Shown: positions 30,012 through 39,981 of the stretch, piece after piece | Numbering within the stretch: position 1 is the stretch's first letter | Layout: the number at the start of each line of letters is the position of its first letter | NCBI GenBank assembly: GCA_016284035.1 | Contig: JAEEOC010000057.1 | Span: forward strand, 4,903 to 68,902 | Length of the DNA stretch: 64,000 nucleotides | Direction: 5' to 3' | DNA from: Dehalococcoidales bacterium | GTDB taxonomy: Bacteria; Chloroflexota; Dehalococcoidia; Dehalococcoidales; UBA1222 | Made by a program: the position numbers and the translations under genes | Notes under the pieces: generated by a model | Database searches by the model: none | What the model was told of the DNA's origin: nothing | What the model saw: the letters and a program-made list of their open reading frames with translations, nothing else

Positions 30012-30479
30012 ATGGATATTTCTATTTTATTTGATGAAGGTTTTGAAGGTGTCGTCTCTGAGGACCTACTTTATGACATTGCAAGCACAGCACTAAAACA
30101 TGAGGGTGCTGAAAACGCTGAAATGAGCATCTTTATTACCGGTCAGGAACATATCCTGGAACTCAACGAACAGTATCTCCAAGCAGATCACGACACCGAT
30201 GTGCTTTCCTTTGCCATGCAGGAAAATATCGACGATGACGACATGTTCTTTGTCGCTCCTGATGACGGAGTCAGACATCTGGGCGAGGTTATAATCTCTT
30301 ATCCACAGGCAGAGATTCAGGCTAAGGAACATGGTCATTCTACGATCCATGAAGTGGCCATCCTTCTGACGCACGGTACGCTCCATCTATTGGGATATGA
30401 CCACGATGTTGAAGAGCGTAAAGCTGTCATGTGGAAACACACAGATGACATAATCGCAGAGTTGGGAGACAAAGTCTGA
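30012..30479 (+). CDS. ybeY: rRNA maturation endoribonuclease YbeY
   Basis: 155 aa with the zinc motif HGTLHLLGYDH. Confidence 0.93.
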   Translation: MDISILFDEGFEGVVSEDLLYDIASTALKHEGAENAEMSIFITGQEHILELNEQYLQADHDTDVLSFAMQENIDDDDMFFVAPDDGVRHLGEVIISYPQAEIQAKEHGHSTIHEVAILLTHGTLHLLGYDHDVEERKAVMWKHTDDIIAELGDKV

Positions 30480-31051
30480 TGTATGTACTCGGCGTAGCAG
30501 GAAGCCCTAGGAAAAACGGCAACAGCACAGCGCTCCTTGAAGAAGCACTCAATGGAGCCAAGTCCAACGGGGCTGAGACCAAACTAATCCACGCCTGCGA
30601 TCTTGACATAACGCATTGCAACCATTGTGATATCTGCCTGAAAACGGGAACATGCTGTCTTGAAGACGACATGTCCATGATCATCGATGAAATAGACAAA
30701 TGCGACGTTTTGATGATTGCATCGCCGATCCATTTCACCAACGTATCATCCCAGCTAAAACTGCTTATCGACCGAGCCCAGCCTCTTTGGGCAAAAAAAT
30801 ACATTCAGAAAGTGCCGGCATTATCGGTTAAAGATCGCAAAGCCGCTTTCTTTTCATCTGCCGCTATGTACGGTGACAAACTCTTCGACGGCGCAATAGA
30901 GACTGTCAAGAGTTTCTTATTATGTATGGACATACCCCTTGTCAGCACCCTTGCCATCCCTAACATTGAGAAGGCTGGGGAAGTCAAAGCATACCGAATC
31001 ATCATGGAAAACAGCTTTGACATCGGCAAAAAGCTGACGACCCCCTATTAA
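30479..31051 (+). CDS. Iron-sulfur flavoprotein / NADPH-dependent FMN reductase family
   Basis: 190 aa with a flavodoxin-like N-terminus GSPRKNGNS and a compact Cys motif CNHCDICLKTGTC (CX2CX2CX5C). Its ATG overlaps the ybeY stop (TGATG). Confidence 0.8.
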   Translation: MYVLGVAGSPRKNGNSTALLEEALNGAKSNGAETKLIHACDLDITHCNHCDICLKTGTCCLEDDMSMIIDEIDKCDVLMIASPIHFTNVSSQLKLLIDRAQPLWAKKYIQKVPALSVKDRKAAFFSSAAMYGDKLFDGAIETVKSFLLCMDIPLVSTLAIPNIEKAGEVKAYRIIMENSFDIGKKLTTPY

Positions 31052-31110
31052 CGGGGTTTGCCATCCCGTATAATAACGCTCAAACGCTTGTGAGATTGGA
31101 GCTGAGCCTT

Positions 31111-32022
31111 ATGAAACCACTCATAATCATCAACCCCGTAGCAGGAAATTCTCAGACAGAATTTAACTGGCTTAAGATCAAAGAGATCCTTGATCTCAAT
31201 AAGTTTGAATATGATCATATCTTTACTGAATACCCCAAACATGCATCCGAGATAGCAAAGAAAGAAGTGGAAGCAGGCAGAGATGCCCTGATCGCTATCG
31301 GCGGCGACGGCACCTACAGTGAAGTCGTAAACGGTATGATGTCCGCCAAACAAGATGGTGCAACTCTGAAATTCGGGGTGATAGCCTCCGGCACCGGAAA
31401 CGATTTCATTAGGTCAGCCAAGATCCCCAATGACTTCGAAGAAAACTGCCGTCGCATCATCAATCCGCACTTCGTTCCTATCGATGTGGGAATGGTCGAA
31501 TACAAAGAGAAAAGTGAAAACAAAAAGTATTATTTTGTTAATTCAGTCGGGATGGGTTTCGATGCTGAAGTAATAGCACGTGTCCAAAGCGGGCCGAAGA
31601 ATGGCTCTGGTACCGCACCTTTCGTAAAAGCACTTTTGAAAGTTTTGCCTAAGTACAAACCGATAAACGTCGGCATCTCTATCGATGACGAAAAGTTCGT
31701 CCCTTACAAAATCATGACTGCTGTCGTCGCTAACGGATCATACTTTGGGGGCGGAATGATGATTGCGCCCGATGCCGACATCCGAGATTCTCTCTTTAAT
31801 GTCGAGATCATCACAGAAATGCCTAAAACGAAGTTGCTTCGCGTCTTCCCGTCTATCTATAAGGGAACCCACATCAAACAGAAGGAAGTCACTCAAAAGG
31901 TCGCTAAAAAAGTGGTCCTGAATGGTCCTGACTTTGCGACGATCCAGGCAGACGGTGAAGTGATCTGTCACGGACCCATCACAGTCACCGTAGTTCCCGG
32001 TGCCTTACAGATGATGTTCTAG
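31111..32022 (+). CDS. Diacylglycerol/lipid kinase family protein (YegS/BmrU type)
   Basis: From the ATG at 31111 it reads MKPLIIINPVAGN...IAIGGDGTYSEVVNG. The track ORF starts 21 nt earlier. Confidence 0.85.
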   Translation: MKPLIIINPVAGNSQTEFNWLKIKEILDLNKFEYDHIFTEYPKHASEIAKKEVEAGRDALIAIGGDGTYSEVVNGMMSAKQDGATLKFGVIASGTGNDFIRSAKIPNDFEENCRRIINPHFVPIDVGMVEYKEKSENKKYYFVNSVGMGFDAEVIARVQSGPKNGSGTAPFVKALLKVLPKYKPINVGISIDDEKFVPYKIMTAVVANGSYFGGGMMIAPDADIRDSLFNVEIITEMPKTKLLRVFPSIYKGTHIKQKEVTQKVAKKVVLNGPDFATIQADGEVICHGPITVTVVPGALQMMF

Positions 32023-32534
32023 ACGTTCTCGTTCTGATAGATACCTGAATAAAGCTTTTCTCCTTCGCTCTCCAAGCGGAAGAAGATCAGCTGCATTATT
32101 CTGGCATTCTTCTTCAAATCGATCCCTAAGGGATTAGTAACTATAAGCATGCTTTCAGATCTTCCTGAATAACCGGCATCCCATACTGCAGTCTGAAGAC
32201 AGGCTCCGCATCTAAGCAGGCTCGACCTTGTCTTTCCCAATGCTGCAATATCTTTCGGCATGTGGACGACTTCATTGAATTTTACGGAATAAGTGCCTGG
32301 GCCCAAATGGATATAGCCGCCGTCATCAAAAGCCATCTCCGAATGCTCCGAGATCCTTCTCTCACGGTTATCGAAGTCGATCCTGCCTGCACCCTCAATG
32401 GTCATGACAGCATTCAATGTCATGTCTACACCATTTGGTTGAAGCTGGGTATCAAAATCGATGCAGTCTGTGATCAGAGGGGCATCGCCCTTCATAAGAT
32501 CACGAATATTCTTTTCAGACAACATTCCGCTCAT
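32019..32534 (-). CDS. dCTP deaminase/dUTPase-superfamily protein
   Basis: 171 aa with QPNGVDMTL and VWDAGYSGRSE motifs, typical of Dcd-like trimeric dUTPase-fold enzymes. Confidence 0.75.
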   Translation of the reverse strand: MSGMLSEKNIRDLMKGDAPLITDCIDFDTQLQPNGVDMTLNAVMTIEGAGRIDFDNRERRISEHSEMAFDDGGYIHLGPGTYSVKFNEVVHMPKDIAALGKTRSSLLRCGACLQTAVWDAGYSGRSESMLIVTNPLGIDLKKNARIMQLIFFRLESEGEKLYSGIYQNENV

Positions 32535-32692
32535 TTTTCTTTCCCGACCTTTTTCTGTTATTCAGCAGTTAACTATTGGATATTTTACCAAATACATGTT
32601 TGCTCATGCCGTCAAGACAACACTGTCTGCCGATGCTGTGTAGGGGCTTGTAAAAAACGCAATATATCTAATATCATCTGTAAAGAGAACAC

Positions 32693-33049
32693 ATGAAGCA
32701 ATACGTTGGAACAGACATCATAGAGATCGCAAGGATCAATGACGCTATCGAAAAATTCGGGGAAACATTCCTCGAACGTATATACACACACGACGAACTA
32801 ACATATTTCCGCGCCAAACCTCCGTCACTGGCAGCTCGCTTTGCCGGAAAGGAAGCGATATTCAAGGCTCTCGATCTTGATGCAATCAATTTTCAAGAGA
32901 TAGAGATCCTCAGCGATGACAAAGGTCGCCCCGTAATAAACCTATACGGAAAGACCAAAAGCCACGCAGATGCCATCGGCATCCAGGCCCTTGATGTAAG
33001 CTTATCCCATTCCAAAGAGTACGCAGTTGCCTGCGCAATATGTCAATAA
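32693..33049 (+). CDS. acpS: Holo-[acyl-carrier-protein] synthase
   Basis: 118 aa with GTDIIEI...FAGKEAIFKA...SLSHSKEYA. Confidence 0.92.
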   Translation: MKQYVGTDIIEIARINDAIEKFGETFLERIYTHDELTYFRAKPPSLAARFAGKEAIFKALDLDAINFQEIEILSDDKGRPVINLYGKTKSHADAIGIQALDVSLSHSKEYAVACAICQ

Positions 33050-33095
33050 GCACTTTTTGTGTATAATCTAATTAACTAACGGAGGAATAATACTG

Positions 33096-33851
33096 ATGTC
33101 AGGACATAATAAATGGAGCTCTATCAAACATCAGAAAGGTATTGCTGATGCGAAGAGAGGGCAGCTTTTCACAAAACTTTCCCGAGAGATCATTCTCTCA
33201 GTTAAACAGGGCGGCGGAAATCCCGATGGTAACGCCCGTCTCCGACTGGCTATCCAGAAGGCAAAGGATGCCAGTATGCCCAACGATAACATCAAGCGAT
33301 GTATCGAAAAAGGCCTCGGCACTGCCGACGGCGCACAGATGTTCGAAGCTGTATTCGAAGGCTACGGACCTGGCGGCTCCGCTCTCATGATCGAAGTCCT
33401 CGGCGACAACCGAAACCGTGCAGTACAGGAGATCCGAAGCGCTCTGAACAGAGCCGGCGGTAATCTTGGTGCAGACGGCAGCGTTTCCTGGAAATTCGTC
33501 CAGCACGGTATCATCTCTGTTGACGGCACAGGACTCAATGAAGACGATTTCATGATGCAGGCATTGGATGCCGGTGCAGAAGATATCTCTTCTTCCGATG
33601 ACGGCTATTTCGAAGTAGTCACTGCTCCCAGTGACCTCGAAGAAGTTCGAACCAAGTTGGAATCTGCCGGTATCAAGATCGAATCCGCTGAAGTCAGCCT
33701 CGTTCCTACCACCCCTGCAGATATCGATGAAAAGACCGCTCTTCAGTTACTCAAGCTCATCGACAAACTCGAAGAGATGGATGATGTCCAGCATGTATAC
33801 ACGGACGTCGAATTCACTGATGAAATAATGGAGAAATACGAGTCCCAGTAA
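33096..33851 (+). CDS. yebC: YebC/PmpR-family DNA-binding transcriptional regulator
   Basis: 251 aa with MSGHNKWSSIKHQKG...RLAIQKAK. Confidence 0.95.
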   Translation: MSGHNKWSSIKHQKGIADAKRGQLFTKLSREIILSVKQGGGNPDGNARLRLAIQKAKDASMPNDNIKRCIEKGLGTADGAQMFEAVFEGYGPGGSALMIEVLGDNRNRAVQEIRSALNRAGGNLGADGSVSWKFVQHGIISVDGTGLNEDDFMMQALDAGAEDISSSDDGYFEVVTAPSDLEEVRTKLESAGIKIESAEVSLVPTTPADIDEKTALQLLKLIDKLEEMDDVQHVYTDVEFTDEIMEKYESQ

Positions 33852-33852
33852 A

Positions 33853-34347
33853 ATGAGGGTGCTCGGTGTTGATCCCGGAACCATCTCCTGCGGCTATGGA
33901 GTCGTTGATGACTCCTTCAATTTCAAAGCCATCACTTATGGCGCAATAAAATGCAAACAACGCTCTCCCATGGGAGAGCGTTTGTTGCAAATATTCAACA
34001 AACTCAACGAAGTGATCAAGGAATACTCCCCCGATGTCATCGCGGTGGAGTCTCCTTTCGTCAAAGACAACCCTAAAACAGCCATCGCTATCGGCAAAGC
34101 ACAGGCTGTTGTCCTCCTGGTAGCAGCCCAAAACGGTCTTGAATGCTATGAGTATCCGCCTCGTCTCATCAAACAGATCGTCTCGAATTACGGAGATGCT
34201 GACAAGAGTCAGATGCAGAAAGTCGTTAAGATGCTTTTAAATCTGGATGAAATTCCTGAACCCAACGATGCCGCAGATGGTCTCGCAATCGCCATGACTC
34301 ATCTCCAGGAATCCCAGGTCAACCGATTCAAAAACTACACTAAATAA
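33853..34347 (+). CDS. ruvC: Crossover junction endodeoxyribonuclease RuvC
   Basis: 164 aa with RVLGVDPG...YG and a C-terminal DAADGLAIA motif. Confidence 0.92.
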   Translation: MRVLGVDPGTISCGYGVVDDSFNFKAITYGAIKCKQRSPMGERLLQIFNKLNEVIKEYSPDVIAVESPFVKDNPKTAIAIGKAQAVVLLVAAQNGLECYEYPPRLIKQIVSNYGDADKSQMQKVVKMLLNLDEIPEPNDAADGLAIAMTHLQESQVNRFKNYTK

Positions 34348-35362
34348 TGAAACAGGCATCTCCGAAGGAGAAGAACCTGTATCTTTCGTCAACGGCCGTC
34401 TTATAGGCCTCTCTGATCAGATCATATCCTGCAAATGCGCTGACCAGCATCAAAAGCGATGACTTTGGAAGATGGAAATTAGTCTGGAGTTCATCGACGA
34501 TCTTGAACTGATAACCAGGCAGGATAAAAAGGTTGACCCATCCTTCAAACGGGTCTATCACTCTGTTCTTACTTTGGTTAGCGGCATGCTCTACAACACG
34601 TACAGATGTAGTGCCGACACAGATGACCTTTCTTCCGGACTCTTTGGCTGTCGCGATCTTATCCGCTACTTCCGGCGTGACGATACCGTATTCACAATGG
34701 ATATGATGCTGTGTCGGATCATCTACTGTCACCGGCCTGAATGTATCAAGCCCAACATGCAGCGTTGTAAAGACCGTTTCGATACCTTTTTCGCGGATCT
34801 TTTGGAGGAGTTCCGGTGTGTAATGGAGTCCGGCTGTCGGTGCTGCTACGCTTCCATAATCATGAGAATATACAGTCTGGTATCGTTCCTTATCCTGCAG
34901 CGGGGCATGGATATAAGGAGGAAGCGGCATATGTCCGACGTTATAAATCATCTTCTCATCGGACAGTCTTATCTTCCTGCGTCCCTCGTCATATTCGTCG
35001 AGGATCTCGCATGTCACGCCTTGTGCTCCGTCTATATCAATAACGGTTCCGACCTTCAGTCTCTTAGCCGGCCTGACCAACGCCTCCCACTCATTTTCCA
35101 TGAGCCTTTTCAGCAATAACACTTCGACCTTGGCTCCGCCGGATCGTTTTACGCCGTAAAGTCTGGCAGGTATGACACGGGAATCGTTCATGACCATCAG
35201 ATCTCCCGGTTCCAAATAATCCAGGATGTCATAAAAATGCTTATGGGCAAGCTTGCCAGTCTTCCTGTCGATAATCAGCAGCCGAGAATGGTCGCGCGGC
35301 TCCATAGGCGTCTGAGCGATCAATTCTTCGGGAAGAAAATAATCGAAATCGTCTGTTCTCAT
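34340..35362 (-). CDS. queA: S-adenosylmethionine:tRNA ribosyltransferase-isomerase
   Basis: From M36 of the track ORF it reads MRTDDFDYFLPEELIAQTP...SRLL, with a C-terminal RFFSFGDA motif. Its ATG overlaps the upstream gene's stop (TAATG). Confidence 0.93.
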   Translation of the reverse strand: MRTDDFDYFLPEELIAQTPMEPRDHSRLLIIDRKTGKLAHKHFYDILDYLEPGDLMVMNDSRVIPARLYGVKRSGGAKVEVLLLKRLMENEWEALVRPAKRLKVGTVIDIDGAQGVTCEILDEYDEGRRKIRLSDEKMIYNVGHMPLPPYIHAPLQDKERYQTVYSHDYGSVAAPTAGLHYTPELLQKIREKGIETVFTTLHVGLDTFRPVTVDDPTQHHIHCEYGIVTPEVADKIATAKESGRKVICVGTTSVRVVEHAANQSKNRVIDPFEGWVNLFILPGYQFKIVDELQTNFHLPKSSLLMLVSAFAGYDLIREAYKTAVDERYRFFSFGDACFII

Positions 35363-36924
35363 TATTGGTCTTTGTTGTCTTTCAGTGTTTCTTTTGAAAC
35401 GAGACCTGCCATCTGGGATGCGTGGCAGCGTTTGTTGTAATAATTGAGCCAGGAACTGGTCATCCACAACGACCAGTCTCTAGGCGGAGTGATATGTTTG
35501 GCAAGGAACGCAGTATTGCCGGATGCTCGATAATTCTCATACGCCTTGACCCAGACACATTTCTTTTTTCCCGGATATACTTCACACCAGCCATCGATGC
35601 TTCCGCCGCAGATCCCGACACGTTCACCTTTGGGACACTGTGAGACCGGACAGTTGAAACCTACATCGATAAGGGCACAATCACCACATCTGAGGCAGCC
35701 AAACGTGATGTCTTTGCCCCAGAATTCCAGATGAGAGAATATCCCCTTCAAGACTTTGTGCTTATCAATGAACTTCATAAGACCACTGGTCGGTTTAAAG
35801 AGAAAACCAGTGGGGGCAAACATAGTTTTGTCGACAGCCCTTGAAAAAGCAGTCCGGAGACTCCTGTGACCGCCCTTTTTAGGCTTGACGAGAGTCTCTG
35901 AATTCAAGATCCCGTCCCTTTCATATAGGTAATAACCATTACCCAGCGGCAGGTCGTACTGGGGCAGGAGTTCCCTCCAGGACGGGGAAAGCTCTTCGCC
36001 TCGTTCGACGATATACTTGATATCTTCAAAACCCAATTTGAAACCGCCGATGTGGGCGCCGCTGTAGCCAAGACCCTTGACAACGGCATACCAACCGGCC
36101 GCTCTTTCGAGTCTTGCGCGTTTGCCACGGTCCGGGGACTGTCGTTCTTCTTCAAGTTTCTTCAACAGGACAGGGCTTATCTGAATACCAGGAAGACCTT
36201 TTTCGCTGATCTTCTTGGCAACAGGGTATGACAGGGCATAGATATTGGCAACGGCTGGAATGTCGTAACCATTCTGTTTGAGCCAGATAAGAAGCTCCTG
36301 AGCTTTTCTGGCATCATAACCGATCTGTGTCACGACATAATCGGCTCCGGCCCGGATCTTTTTATCGAGCTTATAGTATTGACACATGACTTCTGACTCT
36401 AGACGTTTGTACTGTGAAAAGACCACTCCAGCGAATAATTCGGGCTTGACAGAGGGTGTCAACCCATTGACATCGGACACTTTTCCACGGTTGATGACTT
36501 CGATGATCTGCATCACATGTACAGGGTCCAGATCGAAGACGGGATGGGCTTTTCCTTCAAAACCTCCATCAGAGGGGAAGTCTCCGCTCATCGCAAGGAT
36601 GTTCCTAATATCGTTATATGCCAGACCGTAAAGCTGGCTCTCGATCTCATTTCGGTTCCTGTCACGGGTAGCCAGATGTACGATGGGGTCGATGCCGACT
36701 TTCTTGATCTCAATTCCAAGGAACGTTCCGGCAAAAGCAGGGTTGCCATTAGGGTTATCCGTGATGCTGATGGCGTCAATGATCTCGGATTGTGCAGCCA
36801 GTTCGGAATCCCGAAGTATGGACACGCACTGGTCTTTGGTGTCAACCCTTCCGGGAACCTGTTCCCAGATGACACTGAAATCGTTCTTGTCAGTTAATGA
36901 TTTTTTGAAGTTATTTACTATCAT
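35362..36924 (-). CDS. Methylenetetrahydrofolate reductase (MetF-like) fused to a Cys-rich MTHFR_C/MetV-like domain
   Basis: 520 aa. The N-terminal ~300 aa form a MetF-like TIM barrel (ISITDNP...HLATRDRN...MSGD). The C-terminal ~120 aa carry CLRCGDCALIDVGFNCPVSQCPKG...CGG...WCE. Confidence 0.8.
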   Translation of the reverse strand: MIVNNFKKSLTDKNDFSVIWEQVPGRVDTKDQCVSILRDSELAAQSEIIDAISITDNPNGNPAFAGTFLGIEIKKVGIDPIVHLATRDRNRNEIESQLYGLAYNDIRNILAMSGDFPSDGGFEGKAHPVFDLDPVHVMQIIEVINRGKVSDVNGLTPSVKPELFAGVVFSQYKRLESEVMCQYYKLDKKIRAGADYVVTQIGYDARKAQELLIWLKQNGYDIPAVANIYALSYPVAKKISEKGLPGIQISPVLLKKLEEERQSPDRGKRARLERAAGWYAVVKGLGYSGAHIGGFKLGFEDIKYIVERGEELSPSWRELLPQYDLPLGNGYYLYERDGILNSETLVKPKKGGHRSLRTAFSRAVDKTMFAPTGFLFKPTSGLMKFIDKHKVLKGIFSHLEFWGKDITFGCLRCGDCALIDVGFNCPVSQCPKGERVGICGGSIDGWCEVYPGKKKCVWVKAYENYRASGNTAFLAKHITPPRDWSLWMTSSWLNYYNKRCHASQMAGLVSKETLKDNKDQ

Positions 36925-37025
36925 TTTTTACGTAAAAGAATGATAACATGCACACCATTGCTGAGCAAAAATTTTTCTCAAATATAATATTAGAAAAAAT
37001 TGGATATCTTGTGTGACTTTTGTTA

Positions 37026-37055
37026 TTGACTCACTAGATATTGTGATTTTAGAAT
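37026..37055 (+). promoter_or_regulatory. Candidate nrdDG promoter
   Basis: TTGACT (37026-37031), an 18-nt spacer, then TAGAAT (37050-37055). Confidence 0.4.
37031..37046 (+). promoter_or_regulatory. NrdR box 1
   Basis: TCACTAGATATTGTGA compared with the NrdR-box consensus acaCwAtATaTwGtgt. It sits in the promoter spacer. Confidence 0.65.
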
Positions 37056-37073
37056 TATCGGCAGACAAAAATT

Positions 37074-37089
37074 ACACCATATTTTGGGA
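37074..37089 (+). promoter_or_regulatory. NrdR box 2
   Basis: ACACCATATTTTGGGA, a weaker match to the same consensus. It lies 43 bp centre-to-centre from box 1 and overlaps the ribosome-binding site. Confidence 0.5.
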
Positions 37090-37098
37090 GTTAGCTAT

Positions 37099-39444
37099 AT
37101 GTTTACAGACGTTGAACCGCAAGCAAAAACCATTACGATCACCAGCATCATCAAGCGAGACGGACGTCATGTCGACTACGATATCACCAAAATCCAAGGT
37201 GCCATCCACAAGGCATTGTCTGCTTCCGGCCGACAGGATGATGGTGAAAGCATGCGAATGGCGAAGATCGTCGAGCAGAGAATCATCGATAAGTTCGGCA
37301 CTCAGGCTCCCGGTGTAGAAGATATCCAAGATCTGGTAGAAGTCGTCCTGATGGACAACGGCTATGCCATGGTCTCCAAGCGGTACATCCTTTATCGTGC
37401 AGAACGCAACCGCGTCCGCGAAATGAATACTTCCCTCATGAAGACCTTCAATGAGATCACTTTCTCTGATGCAGAAGACAGCGATCTCAAACGTGAGAAC
37501 GCGAATATCGATGGTGACACCGCCATGGGCACCATGCTCAAATACGGTTCAGAAGCTGCCAAAGACTATAACTCCAAATATGTCCTTACCGAAGAACAGA
37601 GACGGGCATACTGCGATGGTGATATCCATATCCACGACTTCGATTTCTATACCCTGACCGCAACCTGCTGCCAGATCGACCTTTCCAAACTCTTCGAAAA
37701 TGGCGGTTTTTCCACGGGTCATGGTTTCCTCCGTACACCTAATGACATTTCAAGCTATTCTGCTCTGGCATGTATCGCCATTCAGTCCAACCAGAACGAC
37801 CAGCACGGCGGTCAGAGCGTCCCCAGTTTCGATTACTTCCTGGCACCCGGCGTTGCCAAGACTTTCAAACATTCATACGTTGATAACTTCAAGAAGGCTG
37901 TCAGCATCTTGAAACCGGACTATGAGTTTGAGTCTGGTGTTTTTGAAGATATCGCAGAAATTTCGAAGAATGAACCTAAAATCGACATGCCGCAGGCTTA
38001 TATGGATGTCCTCAGAAAGACTTTCGTTCCTGCCGTCATGGATTCTGCAGACTTCGATAAAGCTGCCAAATTTGCTTACGAGACCAGTCTTAAGGAGACT
38101 GATAAGAAGACCTTCCAGGCAATGGAAGCTCTTGTCCACAACCTCAACACCATGCACAGCCGAGCCGGTGCTCAGACTCCGTTCTCTTCCATTAACTACG
38201 GCACCGACACCTCTCCTGAAGGCCGCATGGTCATCAAAAACATCCTTTTGGCCGAAGAAAAAGGTCTGGGACATGGCGAGACACCCATCTTCCCGATCCA
38301 TATCTTCAAACTCAAAGAAGGCATCAACTACAATACTGACGATCCCAACTATGATCTCTTCAAGTTGGCCTGCCGCGTCAGCGCAAAACGACTCTTCCCC
38401 AACTTCTCTTTTATCGATGCCCCTTACAACCTGAAATATTACAAACCCAATCATCCTGAGACGGAAGTATCCTACATGGGATGCAGGACCCGAGTACTCG
38501 GAAACGTCTATGATCCCACTCAGGAGATCTCATACAGCCGTGGCAATCTTTCCTTCACTTCCATCAACCTTCCGCGTATCGCTATCCGTGCCCACGGCAG
38601 TGTCGAATGGTTCTTTGAGGAACTCGAACGCAAGATGGAACTCGTTGCCAAACAGCTCTATGACCGATACACCATCATCGCCAAGAAGAAGGTCAAGAAT
38701 TTCCCGTTCCTGATGGGACAGGGCGTATGGCTCGGTTCTGAAAATCTGGGTCCTAATGACACTGTCGGTGAAGTGTTGAAGCACGGCACATTATCCATCG
38801 GTTTCATCGGCCTTGCAGAAGCACTGGTCGCCTTGACCGGCAAGCATCACGGCGAATCGATCGAGAGCCGCAACCTTGGTCTCGAGATCGTTTCCTTCAT
38901 GCGACAGTTCTGTGATAACCGCAGTGCCAAAGAACATCTCAACTACACTCTCCTTGCCACTCCTGCCGAGGGTCTTTCAGGCCGATTCATCAGGATAGAC
39001 AAGAAGAAATACGGCATCATCCCTGGTGTAACTGACAGAGAGTACTACACCAATTCCTTCCACGTTCCCGTTTACTATCCGATCTCTGCCTATGACAAGA
39101 TCAAGATCGAAGCTCCTTATCACGCCCTTACCAATGCCGGACATATCTCTTATGTCGAGATGGACGGTGATCCTTCCCAGAACCTGGAAGCTTTCGAAAA
39201 GGTCGTCCGCTGCATGCATGACGCAGGAATCGGCTACGGTTCCATCAACCATCCCGTCGACAGAGACCCTGTCTGCGGATATAACGGCATCATCGGCGAC
39301 ACCTGTCCCAAATGCGGACGTACCGAAGGCGACGTTAAGTTCGAAAGGATCCGACGAATCACCGGTTATCTGGTAGGTACTCTCGACCGCTTCAACGAAG
39401 CTAAGCGAGCAGAGGAACGCGAACGAGTCAAACACAATGTCTAG
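37099..39444 (+). CDS. nrdD: Anaerobic ribonucleoside-triphosphate reductase (class III)
   Basis: N-terminal ATP-cone (IIKRDGRHVDYD), a C-terminal Zn ribbon (CGYNG...CPKCG) and the glycyl-radical motif RIRRITGYL. I prefer the ATG at 37099, behind GGGAG. Confidence 0.96.
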   Translation: MFTDVEPQAKTITITSIIKRDGRHVDYDITKIQGAIHKALSASGRQDDGESMRMAKIVEQRIIDKFGTQAPGVEDIQDLVEVVLMDNGYAMVSKRYILYRAERNRVREMNTSLMKTFNEITFSDAEDSDLKRENANIDGDTAMGTMLKYGSEAAKDYNSKYVLTEEQRRAYCDGDIHIHDFDFYTLTATCCQIDLSKLFENGGFSTGHGFLRTPNDISSYSALACIAIQSNQNDQHGGQSVPSFDYFLAPGVAKTFKHSYVDNFKKAVSILKPDYEFESGVFEDIAEISKNEPKIDMPQAYMDVLRKTFVPAVMDSADFDKAAKFAYETSLKETDKKTFQAMEALVHNLNTMHSRAGAQTPFSSINYGTDTSPEGRMVIKNILLAEEKGLGHGETPIFPIHIFKLKEGINYNTDDPNYDLFKLACRVSAKRLFPNFSFIDAPYNLKYYKPNHPETEVSYMGCRTRVLGNVYDPTQEISYSRGNLSFTSINLPRIAIRAHGSVEWFFEELERKMELVAKQLYDRYTIIAKKKVKNFPFLMGQGVWLGSENLGPNDTVGEVLKHGTLSIGFIGLAEALVALTGKHHGESIESRNLGLEIVSFMRQFCDNRSAKEHLNYTLLATPAEGLSGRFIRIDKKKYGIIPGVTDREYYTNSFHVPVYYPISAYDKIKIEAPYHALTNAGHISYVEMDGDPSQNLEAFEKVVRCMHDAGIGYGSINHPVDRDPVCGYNGIIGDTCPKCGRTEGDVKFERIRRITGYLVGTLDRFNEAKRAEERERVKHNV

Positions 39445-39949
39445 CGTCCTGCGAATTGCCGGAATAGTCAACGATTCGATTGTTGACGGCCCTGGCATGA
39501 GGATTGCTGTCTTCACGCAAGGCTGCCACAGACATTGTCCAGGGTGTCATAACCAGCACACATGGGATCCCAACGGCGGAAAAGACTGTTCCATCGATGA
39601 GATACTTCAACGTGTGGACAGTAATCCTTTGCTTTCCGGCGTCACCATCACCGGAGGCGAACCTTTTGAGCAACCGGAACCACTGATCGAACTCGTCAAA
39701 GAGATCAAAAAGCGCCAGCTGGAGGTCGCAATCTTCAGCGGCGGCACCTGGGACGAACTTACCAAAGACCGTTCATCCAAACAGTTCGAGCTGTTGTCTT
39801 TATGTGACGTTTTGGTCGACGGTGCATTCAGAGAAGATCTGAAATCCTTGGAGCTTAAGTTCAAGGGGTCATCCAATCAGAACACGATCGATATACGGAA
39901 GTCCTTAGCTGCCGGAGAAGTCGTCCTGATGCAGGACGGCCGCTGGTAA
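39437..39949 (+). CDS. nrdG: Anaerobic ribonucleotide reductase activating protein (radical SAM)
   Basis: 170 aa with DGPGMRIAVFTQGCHRHCPGCHN. It overlaps nrdD by 8 nt. Confidence 0.93.
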   Translation: MSSVLRIAGIVNDSIVDGPGMRIAVFTQGCHRHCPGCHNQHTWDPNGGKDCSIDEILQRVDSNPLLSGVTITGGEPFEQPEPLIELVKEIKKRQLEVAIFSGGTWDELTKDRSSKQFELLSLCDVLVDGAFREDLKSLELKFKGSSNQNTIDIRKSLAAGEVVLMQDGRW

Positions 39950-39981
39950 TCCGCATCACTCCGATATGCTACAATAGCTCC

